A DNA stretch of 39,850 nt from Octopus sinensis. Its lineage: Eukaryota. This document shows, one piece after another, positions 11,166 through 23,079 of this stretch. The position numbers and the translations under genes are program-made. The stretch's first letter is position 1, and each line of letters starts with the position of its first letter. Location of the stretch: the NCBI RefSeq assembly GCF_006345805.1, contig NW_021835801.1, positions 1 to 39,850 of the forward strand, given 5' to 3'. The notes beneath the pieces are model-generated. The model did no database searches. It was not told the origin of the DNA and saw nothing but the letters and a program-made list of their open reading frames with translations.

Positions 11166-11781
11166 CCCTTTAGCATTGAAATCAGCTTTATCAAGCCCAA
11201 ATATTTTAATTACTTTGTGTTCACATCCGCCAGGTCCAGCTTTTCCCACCTACCCTCCAGTATCATTCTAAAAATAAGTGGCTGTGAGGTAAGTAGCTTG
11301 CTAACCAACCACATGGTTGCGGGTTCAGTCCCACTGCGTGGCATCTTGGGCAAGTGTCTTCTGCTATAGCCTCGGGCCGACCAATGCCTTGTGAGTGGAT
11401 TTGGTAGACGGAAACTGAAAGAAGCCTGTCGTATATATGTATATATATATGTGTGTGTGTGTGTGTTTCTGTGTCTGTGTTTGTCCCCCAACATCGCTTG
11501 ACAACCGATGCTGGTGTGTTTACGTTCCCGTCACTTAGCGGTTCGGCAAAACAGACCGATAGAATAAGTACTGGGCTTACAAAGAATAAGTCCCGGGGTC
11601 GATTTGCTCGACTAAGGGCGGTGCTCCAGCATGGCCGCAGTCAAATGACTGAAACAAGTAAAAGAGTAAAAGAGTAATTGTATCATCGAAAACTTGGAGC
11701 TACAATATCATGCATGATTAATTCAAAACAATGAGATTAAATAAGGATTACATTTGACAGGGGAATTTAAATGTTAAAGGG
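11166..11781. mobile_element. piggyBac-like MITE with a nested SINE
   Basis: TTAA-ccctttagcatt ... aatgttaaaggg-TTAG: CCC/GGG termini and a TTAA-like target duplication. Confidence 0.7.
11277..11676 (+). mobile_element. tRNA-derived SINE family A
   Basis: gtggctgtgaggtaag..gggttcagtcccactgcg head, cttgggcaagt block, internal (TA)(TG) tract, (AAAAGAGT)n tail; many near-identical copies in the window. Confidence 0.9.
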
Positions 11782-11914
11782 TTAGTAGTGCCTCTATAAC
11801 GTGCCCTGCCTCGGGGGTCTGCACCTATTACAGTCACCATCTGATGCAAGGAGTTTAAAAGTCAATGAAATTAAAGCGTAAGAACACTTGGTGTTATTTT
11901 GCTGCTTCATTGAC

Positions 11915-12893
11915 GTATGTATGTAATTATTCAGTTTATTTCAAAATTTCTGACCAATAAAGAAAGAACTGGTTCCTAACTTGGATCCAAGGTTCCTTCA
12001 TTGGAATTTCAACATCAACAACAGGGTATATTTGTTTGTATGTATGCATGCATGTATGTATGTATGTATGTATGCATGTATGTATGTATGTATGTATGTA
12101 TGTATGTATGTATGTATGTATGTACGTAAGCATGTATGTATGTATGTATGTATGTATGTATGTATGTATGTATGTATCTATGTATGTATGTATGTACGTA
12201 AGCATGTATGTATGTATGTATGTATGTATGTATGTATGTATGTATGTATGTATGTATGCATGTATGTATGTATGTATGTATGTATGTATGTATGTATGTA
12301 TGTATGTATGTATGTATGCATGTATGTATGTATGCATGTATGTATGTATGTATGTATGTATGTATGTATGTATGTATGTATGTATGTATGTATGTGGAAA
12401 TTTGTATGCTTTATGCATGTATTGTCATGCATACAGTTACATATCTAGACATGCTCATATATATTTAAATGATAAACTTCTGGAAAGTTTTACAGATCTT
12501 TACAGTTCCAGTGATGGATTGGATCTGTAGTCTTCGAATTAGCTTTCTCCTTTCTGGTTTTGAGAAACCTAATTTCTCAAGATTGGTATTTAGACAGTTT
12601 GTTACATATCCCAGGGCCCCAATAATTACAGGTATAAACTTGAACTTGTAATCTGGATAGAGTAACTGCAGATTTCTCAGTAGTTCAGCTTATGAGTCTG
12701 TTTCCCTGATCTTCAGCTTTATGTTTACACCCGCTGCGCAGCTAATTTCCACAACTGTGCACAGTTTCACTTCTAAATCCCAAATCATTATATCAGGTCT
12801 GTTGTGCTTACATTTTATTGAGGTCTTCACTGGTACATTCCACCAGTATTCATTTTTATTATGAGTAGCTATGGCTTCTACCATATTGTGGGT
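11915..12893 (-). mobile_element. 5'-truncated R4/Dong-like non-LTR retrotransposon (restriction-like endonuclease + 3' UTR)
   Basis: EYWWNVPVKTSIKCKHNRPDIMIWDLEVKLCTVVEISCA...FIPVIIGALGYV...GTVKICKTFQKFII* (stop 12465-12467). Putative 3' UTR holds (CATA)n at ~12040-12394, AATAAA at 11935-11940 and a short (CATA) tail; 3' extent inferred. Confidence 0.8.
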
Positions 12894-13122
12894 TATGTAT
12901 GTATGTATGTATGTATGTATGTATGTATGTATGTATGTATATGTATGTATGTATGTATGTGTATATATATATATATTATGCATTAGTCTGTCGTGCTGGC
13001 GTTTCTGCCAGCTCGCTATAAAAATGCAAATAAAATATGCACATGTGTGTGTATGTATGTGTATGTATGTGTGTGTGGTGTGTGTGTGTGTATGTGTGTG
13101 TATGTGTGTGTGTGCGTGTGTG

Positions 13123-13162
<40 letters not shown>
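12894..13162. repeat. (TATG)n and (TG)n microsatellites
   Basis: Directly visible tandem repeats with a short unique spacer. Confidence 0.9.
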
Positions 13163-13165
<3 letters not shown>

Positions 13166-13304
13166 AATAATATTAATAAGAAATCAAATCCTTTTTGTAC
13201 GTAAATGCTTGTCGACTCAGGGCGTCATGATTGCAGGGTCAACGCTCTATGTTGTGGCCATGAGTAAATAAGCATGATTATATTTCTGACATGGAACAAC
13301 ATGT

Positions 13305-13420
13305 GCAGGCGTGACTAAGAGGTAAACAGTTTGTTTTGTAATCAGGTGATTCTGAAACCTGGGTCATTGCGTGGCACCACGGGCAAGTGTCTTCTATTAT
13401 AGCCTCAGATCGACCAAAAC
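13305..13420 (+). mobile_element. Diverged partial SINE family A
   Basis: gcgtggcaccacgggcaagtgtcttctattatagcctc matches family A. Confidence 0.7.
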
Positions 13421-13437
13421 TAAATATATATATATGT

Positions 13438-13764
13438 CCTGTGTGTGTTACCTATTTTGACCCTCCACAAAATCCCAAAATTTATTTGATTTTGCTTTGC
13501 GGGAGCAACTGTTTTATCGAAAGCGTATATTGTTGTTAAATGCTCGAAATACGAGAGTAGAAAAACAGCCAACAACTGATGAAGGGTCGTTCTTTATGTT
13601 TGTCTTGTTTTCCATTTGTGTCTTTCATTGTTCGAAAGAATAGTTCATGTTCCATGTTCGCATACTTCGTAATTTTTTGCTGTACACGGTTCATGATGTC
13701 CTGTGTCTACATATGCATATATATTTACGTATAGATGTATGTACATATACGTATATATATATAA

Positions 13765-13846
<82 letters not shown>

Positions 13847-14442
13847 TATTTATATTATCATATGATTGACCGCCACGCATCCTTTTCCAAATAAGTTTTA
13901 TCTTAATAATTCTGATGCGAACTCTATACGATCTTTTTACTCTTTCGTTTTTCTCTCTTTTACTCTTTTACCTCCTCTTCTCCCACACTTCTAACCTATT
14001 ACTCTGTCACTCTCTCTCACTCACTCACTCCCCCCCTTTCTCACGTGGCTTCCACGTGACCCTCGGCCATCTTTCTTTCTTTCTTTCTCTCCGTTGTAGC
14101 TGGGACAAGGAAGACGTGTTCTTGTTAGTCTCCTGTCCTTGCTTGATCTACGCGTTCGCCACCAGAACCTCGTTTAGGATTAGCTGCCCTTCCTGTTTGT
14201 TTTCACTATCCTGTTTGTGTTACCTATTTTGACCCTCTACAAACTCGCAAATTTTATTTAATTTGCTTTGCGCGAGCAACTGTTTTATCGAAAGCTTATA
14301 TTGCTGTCAAATGCTCGAAATACGAGAGTAAAAAAAACAGCCAACAACTGATGAAGGGCCTTCTTTATGTTTGTTTTGCTTTCCATTTGTGTCTTTCGTT
14401 GTTTAAAAGAATAGTTCATGTTCCATGTACTCGTGCTTCGTA
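13438..14442 (+). repeat. Two ~235-bp direct repeats (13438-13671 and 14210-14442)
   Basis: Closely similar sequences ~770 bp apart, each with ctcGAAAtacgagagta...CTGATGAaggg. Confidence 0.88.
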
Positions 14443-14469
14443 CTGTATTAGGGAGATGATGAGAGACCA

Positions 14470-15285
14470 AAGGTTTGATGATGAGCTCATTGATGCTGAA
14501 AAAGCTGCGTAGCCGTCATTTAAGAAACTTTTCTGAGAGTTTTGGGGAGATCACAGCGAGAGAACTATTCTGACATTGTGAAAGAGCTACTGACACCATA
14601 CAAGGACTTGGGATGCTATATGAGCCTAGAAATCCACTTCTTGAACTCTTACTTGGACTTTTTCTCTGCAAATCTTGGGGCTGTCAGTGACAAGCACGGT
14701 GAGAGGTTTCACCAGGACATTCTGAACATAGAAGCCCGGTACCAAGGAAAGAGGAACTCTTCTATGTTGGCCAGAAGCTAAATACAGTCGAAAATCATAA
14801 GTCTCTACTTTTTGAAGGTAAGCTTCCTTGTAATATCATGAAATACAATTGTTTAATAATTTACATATGCTATCACAGAAAACCTATAACTTATAGAAAA
14901 AAATCTGAAAACACACTTCAATTCTTCAAATAAAATGCTATTAAGTTCGCCTACTTTTGTTAGTTAGTTAGTTAGTTAGTTAATTTTTTGGCTCAAAAGC
15001 AAAAAGCAAGGCCATGTAGAGGGACATGGAGTTAAGTACAGGGTGGTGTTCATGTAAAGAGTTCAGGCCACTTGAGGTCAAGGGAGACTTTGAACAAAGC
15101 GGTCGTCGGCATCTTCACCATCTCGTCTGGCAGCTTGTTCCACGGATCCGCAACCCGGACGGAGAAAGCTCCTCTCCTTCGATTGAGATGAAATCGTCGC
15201 AGGTAGAGCTTTTCGGAATGACCCCGCAGCCGACGCTTTTTGTTTGTGGGACAGAAATTTTCATTAATTCTGTTGACCAATTATA
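14470..15285 (+). mobile_element. Chapaev-like (CMC) DNA transposon 3' part, interrupted by a LINE
   Basis: LGCYMSLEIHFLNSYLDFFSANLGAVSDKHGERFHQDILNIEARYQG. A related terminus ...ttgttgaccagtg recurs at ~15575-15702. Family name recalled from motif memory. Confidence 0.65.
14960..15243 (-). mobile_element. CR1/L2-group LINE 3' end with (ACTA)n tail
   Basis: LRGHSEKLYLRRFHLNRRRGAFSVRVADPWNKLP...FKVSLD; (TAGT)n at ~14960-14981; possible ttttgt TSD. Confidence 0.85.
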
Positions 15286-15327
15286 ATTGTCAGTGTTGTT
15301 TCTGCATTAATTTAGTACATTTATCTA

Positions 15328-15540
15328 AGGCGGCGAGCTGGCAGAAATGTTAACTCGCTGGGCGAAATACTTAGCGGTATTTCGTCTATCTTTACGTTCT
15401 GAGTTCAAATTCCGCAGAGGTTGACTTTGCCTTTCATCCTTCCGGGGTCGATAAATTAAGTACTAGTTGCGTACTGGGGTCGATTTAATCGACTGGCCCC
15501 CTCCCAAAAACTTGGGGTTTTGTGCCTAGAGTAGAAAAGA
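15328..15540 (+). mobile_element. SINE family B
   Basis: aaggcggcgagctggcagaa head, B-box-like gagttcaaattcc, gactttgcctttcatcct..ggggtcgataaa body. Confidence 0.88.
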
Positions 15541-15704
15541 ATACAGTACATTTATTGTATAATTGAGTCAATCTATTACATAAAGACCCATGCCTGAGAG
15601 AAAAATTCTGAAAACAGATTCGCAATCTACGTTAAACGTATTATGGAGTTCACTTTCTTTAGTTCATTGGTCAGCAAAACGTTCGAATTTTGTTGACCAG
15701 TGTA

Positions 15705-15763
15705 ATTGACTGATCCTCCCGGAGTTTGTTTTTCAGAGCCAGGAACTTTTCAGTACCCTCTCG
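15705..15763 (+). mobile_element. Mariner MITE terminal fragment
   Basis: agccaggaacttttcagtaccctctcg-TA matches the end of 24988-25198. Confidence 0.65.
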
Positions 15764-15764
15764 T

Positions 15765-15821
15765 ATCTCTCTCTCTCTAATCTCTCTCTCTCTCTCTCTA
15801 ATCTATCTCTCTCTCTCTCTA

Positions 15822-15885
<64 letters not shown>

Positions 15886-16149
15886 CTCTCTCTCTAATCT
15901 CTCTCTCTCTCTAATCTATCTATCTATCTATCTATCTATCTATATATCTATCTATCTCTCTCTCTCTCTCTCTATCTATCTATTTATCTCTCTCTCTCTC
16001 TCTATCTATTTATCTCTCTCTCTCTCTCTCTCTCTATCTATTTATCTCTCTCTCTCTCTCTCTATCTATCTATACAAATACACTTATAAATATATGCATG
16101 TAACTACTATTGATCTCTCTCTCCTCTCTCTCTCTTTCTCTCTCCCCCC

Positions 16150-16223
<74 letters not shown>

Positions 16224-16246
16224 GAAGTTGTATGTATGTATGTATG
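15765..16246. repeat. (CT)n/(TATC)n/(TA)n/(TG)n microsatellite block
   Basis: Directly visible tandem repeats. Confidence 0.95.
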
Positions 16247-17164
16247 GGTCGTAGAAGTTGCCAACTACTAAGGAGTGTCGAAACAATGACAAATCTTTGA
16301 CGAAAAGAGAAGCATCAATTATGCATAATGGATTTTTTTCTAATTTATTTACATAAGTACAACTGTTTAAGCTTAATTGTGCACGATACATTTAGTGTTT
16401 GAGATTTGGTTGGCCATTTGGCTGGCGAGATATGTGAAATATTCAGAGAATTTCGTTATCTCGCGGACATTTTTGAATGCCGATTGTCTGAAAACTCTAA
16501 TTGTTTTCAGAGAACAAAATTTATAATAGATTTCGACAGTGTGTGAGAAACAAAAGAGAGAAAAGCTTTTCAAGATAGAAGTTAAGCCATTGGTAACTAT
16601 TGGTAACTAAGTAGCACAACATTCGTCATTTGATTAAAAAAAAAAGATAAAAGAAAACTCTGCTTAAACAATAAGGTCAGTATATGCATACAAATCTGCA
16701 CACATATACACACTCGTGCGTCCTGTACATACGTCTGTACGTACTTACATACATAAATACGTGTGTGTGTCTGTAATTGTGGGTTTATATATATTGTCGT
16801 CTAAAAATCCATAAATCAGAAAGAGGATGCAGTCGTCTATATGTCAATAGAGTGGTTATATTTATCAACGTACACAGTATTATAGATCCATTACAGCGGG
16901 TCCTACGAATCGATTTCACATTGAGTACTAAAACCGGATGTTACATCACGGTTAAAATGTACCGCGTGTTTTTCAGAGTTGGCAGAGATAAAAAAAAATG
17001 GCGACTGCTCTCTGTTAATGGAAGAGAAAATTATCACAGCCGGCTTCTAGATGCCGTGAAAAAAAAGACGAAACGAAGCTATGGGAGGCGAACTGAGCAA
17101 GTGTTTTATCAGGAGTTATGTCTCTTGGCCCCAAAGTAGGTTTTTTTTTAAAAACTGAAGCTAA

Positions 17165-17465
17165 GAGTTGGGCAATGGTTTCGCTCTGACTAATACCTTG
17201 TGAGTGAATTTGGTAGACAGAAACTGTGTGGAATCCCGTAGTGTATATATATGTATATGCATATATGCGCTTGTATGTCTTTGTGCTTGTTCACCACCAC
17301 CAGCACTCGACAAACCGATGTTGGTTTGTTTACATCCCTGCAGACAACTGGAATGAATACCACACTTAAAAGTAAGTACTGGAATAGATTTGTTCGACTA
17401 AACTTTTCAAGGCTGTACCACAGCTTGGCAGCTGTCTAATGACTGAAACAAGTAAAAGATAAAAT
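17165..17465 (+). mobile_element. Diverged SINE family A (3' part)
   Basis: ccttgtgagtgaatttggtagacagaaactg ... aatgactgaaacaagtaaaaga. Confidence 0.75.
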
Positions 17466-18536
17466 AGATGACAAATGCATATCTATGTCTGCAAACATCG
17501 TAAGTATTTAGTTGTGGTTGCGTCTACTTGCGTAACACCTAATGCTATGAACATGGGTAACATCAAATGTACAGCATCATAAAGAGAAGGTTGAAGTACA
17601 GTAAGAAAGAAAATTGTAATACTCAGAAAATATCACTTGTCAAGGAGAGATCGCGCTTCTGAAATTGTGACTAGAAGGAACAGTTTCTCGTGTAAGATGA
17701 TATTTCAGCTTTACAAACCACCGCAGTATTTGTCAGTTTCCGGTTATCATAGAATGTCTTCACCAACTTGTTTTTCATCTTTACTTATTTCTTCTACTTC
17801 ATAGATAAGAGAAAGAATTGTCAATATTTTATTTGCAAATATGGATTTGAAGAGCCTGTGAAATAGTACAGAGGTACGGTTGATCAGTTTCTGGAAAACG
17901 AATAATGATAAGTTATTGCCAAGTCTTCACATTTTTAGTCTTGACCCAATGCCTATTTTTTTACATAATGAATTTGCCTACCATATATGCTATTCTACTT
18001 TGCATAAAACTTTAGCTATATGGGTACGTCTGTCTCTCATTTTTTAAGTATTCTTGTGTGCCAATATTTTAGTAAAATGATGGTACCTTTTTTAATTATA
18101 ATGTTACTTTGTAAATCAAAATCAAATAATTTTTAATATTCAAATTTTATCCTTAGCTGCAATAAATTAAGTAAAATATTTCTTGTTCTGTACTTTACCA
18201 GATGTAATAACTTGTCCTGTACTTTTCCGGGTTTATAATCTTATTAGCTTTTAAGCAACTGACCCTGAATGGGAAGATCTGCAAAGAGATCTCTGACTTG
18301 TTTTTGAGAATTTGTTGCAATTGCTTCCTCCAGAGTCATTTCCTAAAAAAACCGCCGAAAACAATCGCAGTAATGAAAATATAGGAATCCAAAATTCCAG
18401 GATTGCAGGTCCGGATTCGGCCCAGAATGTTTTTAATTTACTCACGGAGTCAGCTTGATTTCAAAATGGCATGATATGTTGGGCTACGGCCTCTAGGAGT
18501 AAAGTTGAAAAAGTATGACACGCTGACGTTCACATT

Positions 18537-19094
18537 TATTACTTCCGCCAAGGAAGGAGGTTATGCTTTCATTGGCGTTGGTTTGTCTGTCTGTGTGCAA
18601 AATAACTCAAAAAGTTCTGAACGGTATTTAATGAAACTTGCAGAAAAAGTTGCTATTGACACAAGGAACAGCTGATGAAATTTTGGTAGTGGTCCGGGAG
18701 TTTTTATGGATTCTTGAAGGATTTTTCATTTGTTATATTTACTTTACATGAAGTGTTACGTTACGTTCTTTGATTATCTCCCTTGAAAAGACATCGTTTC
18801 CACGTAACCTATGGTGGCGTTGCATGAGAACATTTATGGCGGTGTATGTGGTTGAAGTGGAAGCAATGACAATGCTATTGATGATGTTGGTGGTTGTGAA
18901 CTGCTTCAGTAGATTCCTGTTTTTAAAGGGTTTTTTCTTAAAATCATATGGCTGTGTTATTTTTTTTAACCCCACCAAGGAGGTTATGTTTTTGCCGGCG
19001 TTGGTTTGGGAAACTGGGCGATTTTCAGCATGCGTGTACATGGGTGGAAATGAGTTGCTTAGCGAAGGTCTGCGCTCTCCAAGTGCTTTTCTAG
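18537..19094 (+). mobile_element. Helentron/HINE-like non-autonomous rolling-circle element
   Basis: Starts ttattacttccgccaagg..gaggttatg..(GTCT)n, 5' motif repeated at ~18965, and ends cttagcgaaggtctgcgctctccaagtgcttttCTAG-tt (inverted subterminal motif + hairpin). Confidence 0.65.
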
Positions 19095-19098
19095 TTAT

Positions 19099-19552
19099 AA
19101 GGCGGCGAGCTGGCAGAACCGTTAGCGCGCCGGGTGAAATGCTTAGCGGTATTTCGTCTGTCGTTACGTTCTGAGTTCAAATTCCGCCGAGGTCAACTTT
19201 GCTTTCATCCTTTCGGGGTCGATAAATAAAGTACCAGTTTCGCACTGGGGGCGATATAATCGACTCAATCCCTTCGTCTGTCCTTGTTTGTCCCCTCTAT
19301 GTTTAGCCCCTTGTGGGCAGTAAAGAAATATATATTACATCAAGGCAGCCAATTGGTAGAATCGTTAGCATGCCGGGTGAAATGTTTAGCGGTACTTTGT
19401 CTGCCGTTAGGTTTTGAGTTCGAATTCTGCCGAGGTCGACTTTGCCTTTCATCCTTTCGAGGTCAATAAAATTAGTACTGGAATTGATGTAATCGACTTA
19501 ATCCCTTCCCCCAAAATTTGTGGCCCTGTGCTTCCACTAGAAAGGGTTTATT
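19099..19552 (+). mobile_element. Two adjacent SINE family B copies with different tails (19099-19330, 19342-19552)
   Basis: Both match the family B body. Confidence 0.88.
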
Positions 19553-20270
19553 AAAGTTGAAAAAGTGTGACACACTGATACACACATTTATTATATTAGA
19601 TATGTTTGTTCGAGGCAGGAATTTCTGTCAAAGGGACATGGTTAAACAAAGTTGTACATCACCTTCCTCTTTCTCTTTTATTATTACTCCTACTGCCACC
19701 ATCAACACGACTACTTTTAATAAAACACCACAAACCCTCCCTAAATATCTTTGTTTCTTTCTCCCCCCTCTCTCTGTCTTCACCACCCTCACCATTTCTG
19801 TGCCTCCTATTACTCTCACCCCATCATGAAGAATAGTAGGAGTGTCATTGAATAGTGAGAGAGAGAGGGATCTAAGTGTGACACACTGACACAGAAATTA
19901 GTTTTCGCATTTATCATATTAGAAGAATATAATTTCTCTTGCTCGCATTTTTCCATGTAATCCATGTCCTTTCTAGGTCATGCTATTATGATAATTAATA
20001 ATGTATTAAATGTGTCAATTAGCGGTGCCGTTGATAATTTTTTCCTTACTTCAATGATGCCGGTGACATATATTAAAAGTCCCCTTATAGAACTATATCC
20101 ATAACTTTTTTCTTATAAATTTTTTATTGCATGAGATGGATACCATGAAATTCCTCGAATGAGCTCTATCATTTAAGATTAATTAAAATAAAGTCAATTT
20201 TTAAAATAGAAAAGTTAATCATACTTTAATCTAATTTTTTGCTTTATATTTCTTTTCGTGATATTTTACC

Positions 20271-20715
20271 TCTTTTACTCTTTTACTTGTTTCAGTCATT
20301 TGACTGTGTCCATGCTGGAGCACCACCTTTAGTCGAGCAAATCGACACCAGGACTTATCCTTTGTAAGCCTACTATCTATTCTATCGGTCTGTTTTGCCG
20401 AACCGCTAAGTTACGGTGACGTAAACACACCAGCATCGGTTGTCAAGCAATGTTGGGGGGACAAACACAGACACACAAACATACACACACACGCACGCAC
20501 ACACACACACACAACACACACACACACAACACACACACACATACATATATATGACGGGCTTCTTTCAGTTTCCGTCCACCAATTCCATTCACAAAGCTTT
20601 GGTCGGCCCGAGGCTATAGTAGAAGACACTTTCCCAAGGTGCCATGCAGTGGGACTGAACCCGGAACCATATGGTTCGTATGCAAGCTACTTACCACATA
20701 GCCACTCCTACGCCT
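20271..20715 (-). mobile_element. SINE family A, full length
   Basis: Reverse complement of 35627-36085. Confidence 0.92.
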
Positions 20716-21077
20716 ACTTTTTTGATTTACCGATACAAATTTTTGTTGCATGGGACCCAAACTATAAACTTCCTCACGCTTTCTTCTATCATTGAAGCTA
20801 AGATAAATATATTTTGCTTTTAAAATAAAAATGTTATTTAGATCTAAACTTTATTGGAGGCGTTACTCTCCTATAAATTTTGACGTAAACTTTTTTTTTC
20901 TACTGGATCAAATCTCAATTTTTTTTTATACCAAAATGTAGCTAGGGACCAGTCCTCTTCTTTGGTTAAGAACTGAATTAGCGACAAGCTCCGAAAGATG
21001 CTGCATGTGAGTAAATTGCGACCTTAAGAATATTATTCAACTACTACTACCGTAATTGAATGATATATATATATATA

Positions 21078-21232
21078 TGACGGGCTTCTTTCAATTTCCG
21101 TCTACCAAATCCACTCACAAGGCTTTGGTCGGCCCGAGGCTATAGTAGAAGACACTTGCCCAAGATGCCACGCAGTGGGACTGAACCTGGAACCATGTGG
21201 TTGGAAAGCAAGCTCTTACCTTACAGCTACGC
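21078..21232 (-). mobile_element. SINE family A, 5' half
   Basis: Matches 20551-20710. Confidence 0.85.
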
Positions 21233-21260
21233 ATGCGTGTACACACTCACACACACACAT

Positions 21261-21298
<38 letters not shown>

Positions 21299-21314
21299 TT
21301 ATTTGTGCTGAAGA

Positions 21315-21505
21315 TATAAGGCCTGAAATTCTTGGAATTGAAGGCTAGTCGATTACATCAACTCCAGTGCTCAATTGGTACTTATTTTATCGACTCTGAA
21401 AGGATGAAAAGCTAAGCGAACCTTGGAGGAATTTCAACTTAGAACGTCAACCTGGAAGAAATGCCGCAAAGCATTTTGCCTGCGTCCTGGCGATTCTTCC
21501 AGCTT
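21315..21505 (-). mobile_element. Diverged SINE family B
   Basis: ggtacttattttatcgactctgaaaggatgaaaa... A fainter copy lies at ~21665-21830. Confidence 0.7.
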
Positions 21506-22024
21506 ACTGTCTTATTTTTTGAGCTCAGATTGCCAACGAGGGATCATTGTAGATCATTTCGCGTACGATTTTTATAACCCTCGGCGCTTTTTAATTGCTC
21601 ATCACTGAACAGTCGCGCAGGCCCCTACACCACCGCACCACATACGGGAAGCTTATATCACCCAGCAGTCATTTATATCGACTATAATACTCGACTGGTA
21701 CTACATTTTATCGACCATCGGAATGAAAAAAATAAAACTCAAAAAACAGGTCACTCACAGAAAGATTTGAAATCAAAATAGAAAAGATTTTAACGAAATA
21801 CCGTAAAGAATTTTGTTCGACCCTCTAATCTTTATTCCGCTCTCTCTCTCTCTCCTCTCTCTCTCTCTGTCTTTCCCTCCCTTCAAATGTTTTGGGAGAA
21901 GATTGATCAATGGCTACCTTTTCTTTTTCACTCATTTCACTTATTGGACTGCGGTCATGTTGGAGCATTGAGAGCCATTAACTCATCCTGTTTGGAATTT
22001 CCTGGAAAAGCCAGATAAAATCAT

Positions 22025-22190
22025 CTTCTTTTTCTTCTCCTCCACATTTTTCTTCTTCTTCTTCTTCTTCTTCTTCTCCTCCTCCTCCTCCTCCTCCTCC
22101 TCCTCCTCCTCCTCCTCCTCCTCCTCCTCCTTCTTCTTCTTCTTCTTCTTCTTCTTCTTCTTCTTCTTCTTCTTCTTCTTCTTCTTCTCT
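22025..22190. repeat. (CTT)n-(CCT)n-(CTT)n polypyrimidine tract
   Basis: Directly visible tandem repeats. Confidence 0.95.
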
Positions 22191-22254
22191 CCATTTCCTT
22201 TTTCTCCCCCATTCAATTCCTCCCTTACTCAGTTCTTCAGTTTCTGAAGTGTCA

Positions 22255-22361
22255 CTATTTAAACTCCAAATATGTCGAGATCGAGTCCACTGATTTCTCT
22301 GCTGTATTATACTGAAGATCATAAAATTCAGAAAGGAGATACATACAAGTGGGTAATTTGC
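22255..22361 (-). other. Possible orphan exon
   Basis: Strong acceptor tttgttttattttcag|G. Phase 1 reads (G)KLPTCMYLLSEFYDLQYNTAEKSVDSISTYLEFK*; phase 0 stays open into the GAA repeat. No homology recognised. Confidence 0.25.
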
Positions 22362-23079
22362 CTGAAAATAAAACAAAGATGATTTTTCTCTCTTTTTTTT
22401 TTTTCTAAAGGAAAGGAGTTGGGTTAAGTGTGTCTAAGAATGTGTAAGTATTACCACGTGTATCGGTGTACTCACATCAAAGCTAATGTACACTGTCTTG
22501 CTATGTGTGTTTTAAACATCAAAATAACACATGCTGTCATTTCTGTCATTTTGACAAAGAAGTTTATGGAGCAAGAAGGGGAAGAAATAGAATTCGAGGA
22601 AACTAGCGATGATCTACACCGTGGCTTAGCGTGTGATGCCAGAACTGCGAGAAGAGTGCGCTATTTTATTTATTATTACTACTTTATTTGTTTGTCTTCT
22701 GAAATGTTTTGTGCTCAGGATAACCGCCCCTGTGGCCCCGCCCTTACTACACCACTGAGTTTTCGTCGGTTGGCAAAAAAAAAAAAAAAAAAACAGTTGG
22801 TTTAAGACTGAAGAGGAGGATCCTGTGTTACAATCACTTATGTTCTTGTTAATTATCTTTTAACGGTTTTTAATAGCTTTCTCAGAGGAGCAAGGGTAAC
22901 GTCTATCGCTATTTTTTGCTGGACCACCCAGCAGAGTGGGCCTCAGAGTTGCTGGCACTTCGTTCAAGCTACATTTCGACGCTTCTGCAAGAATATATAC
23001 TTTAATAAATTTCGTAAAGAGTAAAAACTTCAAATGTAGAAATAAAGAATTTAATGCAAATTTATTAAAATGTAAGAAT

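Noticed and set aside
17700-18520. Unique-looking AT-rich region with ORF 18251-18445
   Set aside because: No motif, termini or splice pattern that I could support.
21983-22216. Poly-K/E and poly-R ORFs
   Set aside because: Alternate readings of the (GAA)/(GGA) repeat.
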